Source of the DNA: a virus
Taxonomy: Duplodnaviria > Caudoviricetes
Length of the DNA: 25,455 nt
Direction: 5' to 3' (one strand)
IMG/VR virus record: IMGVR_UViG_3300005764_000077
Coordinates: 1 to 25,455 of that record
Shown here: positions 24,372 to 25,455 of the stretch, piece after piece
How the letters are laid out: the number at the start of each line of letters is the position of its first letter
Numbering within the stretch: position 1 is the first letter of the stretch
Program-made: the position numbers and the translations under genes
The notes under the pieces: generated by a model
Told to the model about the DNA's origin: nothing
Seen by the model: the letters and a program-made list of their open reading frames with translations, nothing else
Database searches by the model: none

Positions 24372-25455
24372 GCGGCTTTCGCCTTTGCGGCCTTGAGCTC
24401 GTCGTAGGTCTTCATGACGTCTTTGTAGTAGAAGCGCCACGCCGGTGAGCCCTCGATCTTCCCGGTCTCGCTTGCACGTCGCGCGATCTCGGCGATCGTC
24501 TCGTGGCTCGCGCTTTTGAGCGCGGTCATGCCTTTTTCCGCCTCGTACTCTTTCCAATAATCCTTACTGTAATCCGTGATGCCGTCAGTCTTGATGCGCC
24601 GATCGAGGTTTTCCTTATGCTTTTCGAAGCGCGCGACGAGCGGATATTGATCGCGGAATTCCGGCTTCAACACATAATGTCCAGTCGCAGTGTAATTATA
24701 GATTGATGGGTTACCTGCCTCGACAATTTTCTCGTTGGCGTCATCTGCTTTTCTTTGCTCCTCGAGCAGCGCATTGAGCACGGTTTGATATTTCTGGTGT
24801 GCAACCTCGTGCGCGGTGACGCTGACCGCGCCATCGGTCGAATAAACGTAGTTCGGGAAAATTTCGATCACGCCGGTCGCGAGGTGAGCAAGTCCAGCAG
24901 CGTGCCGCTGCGTCCCGGTAAGCGTGAAGGTATAATCGCCGGTGTTTATCTTCACGAGATTGGGATCGTAACCGAGCAGTCGCGCCGCCGCCTGTGACGC
25001 GCCGAGAACCTTCGCGGCGTGTTCAACTGTCTGTCGCTCGGCGCGCGCCTTCTCGGCGTCCGTCGTCGCCTTGCCCCGGATCATGTTCGAGATGCCATGA
25101 CCGCTGGAACCAGGATCGGGCTGAAATCCTACTTCCTTGAGCGCGGCGAGCCGGATTGCATCGTCATCGAACACCGACATCTCAATCCGCTCGGCGCGAT
25201 TATCTTTCTCCTCATGCGTGATCATGTGCTGCAGAGCATTGACCAGCGACTTGTGCTCTAACCCGCCTATGGATTCGATGCTCGATACGTTGGTCTCAGG
25301 ATTGAATTGCGTGAACACCGCGGAGAGCAGTTTACCATTGCCGTCATGGACCTCGTGCAGCGAGCGCTCGCCTGATCCCCGCAACTTCGCCGGCGAAGCA
25401 AGATAAAGCTCGAGTGCGGTCTTCATGCCGTTGAGCTGGCCGTCTTTCTCGCCGC
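24368..25455 (-). CDS. 5'-truncated large protein with a C-terminal zincin-like metallopeptidase and a possible degenerate GNAT domain
   Basis: Frame is open to the window edge (GEKDGQLNG before M at 25426); HEVAH at 24797-24811; ITDYSKDYW...HETIAE at about 24488-24580; RIEMSVFDDDAIRLAALKEVGF resembles a GNAT C-terminal motif. Confidence 0.65.
   Translation of the reverse strand, partial: GEKDGQLNGMKTALELYLASPAKLRGSGERSLHEVHDGNGKLLSAVFTQFNPETNVSSIESIGGLEHKSLVNALQHMITHEEKDNRAERIEMSVFDDDAIRLAALKEVGFQPDPGSSGHGISNMIRGKATTDAEKARAERQTVEHAAKVLGASQAAARLLGYDPNLVKINTGDYTFTLTGTQRHAAGLAHLATGVIEIFPNYVYSTDGAVSVTAHEVAHQKYQTVLNALLEEQRKADDANEKIVEAGNPSIYNYTATGHYVLKPEFRDQYPLVARFEKHKENLDRRIKTDGITDYSKDYWKEYEAEKGMTALKSASHETIAEIARRASETGKIEGSPAWRFYYKDVMKTYDELKAAKAKAA

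Larger units (their letters stand above)
1..25455 (-). mobile_element. Phage/prophage head and contractile-tail morphogenesis module (HK97-type head, Mu-like myovirus tail); extends beyond both window edges
   Basis: Continuous co-oriented, tightly abutting or overlapping ORFs (TAATG, TGATG, ATGA junctions) encoding capsid, portal, sheath, tube, tape measure and Mu gp43-gp47-like baseplate proteins; no host genes seen. Confidence 0.95.

Noticed and set aside
1-25455. Tailocin, extracellular contractile injection system or gene transfer agent
   Set aside because: A complete head module (portal, protease, capsid, connector) is present with a Mu-like sheath tail; there is no Afp/PVC-type ATPase and no RcGTA-like gene set.

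Overview
The window is the virion morphogenesis region of a tailed phage or prophage (about 60-63% GC), almost entirely on the minus strand. Reading right to left: a 5'-truncated large protein with a HEXXH metallopeptidase domain, a small ORF, an HK97-type prohead protease-major capsid fusion, a small ORF, the portal (downstream of the capsid), a collagen-like protein and head-tail connector/neck genes. These are followed by a Mu-like contractile tail: terminator, DUF2635, sheath, tube, chaperone with a -1 frameshift, two tandem tape-measure paralogs, split gpN, gp44 hub, gp45 spike, a 955-aa fibre, gp46 and the start of gp47/baseplate J. The most notable points are: (1) the two tape-measure-like paralogs carry three different putative cell-wall hydrolase domains; (2) a 71-aa module is shared by the tail terminator and the sheath; (3) a 66-aa repeat in the fibre is identical in protein but synonymously changed at 35 of 66 codons; (4) two antisense HNH ORFs, one a remnant, start on the same CATG palindrome as the structural gene opposite; (5) a structured RNA-like element lies upstream of the tube gene; (6) gp46 appears to start at ATC; (7) the gp45 spike is extended with foldon-like and DGGxF motifs and is coupled to an Mtd_N fibre. 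All family assignments come from motif recognition and gene order, not database searches. No terminase, integrase, reverse transcriptase, tRNA or CRISPR array was seen.
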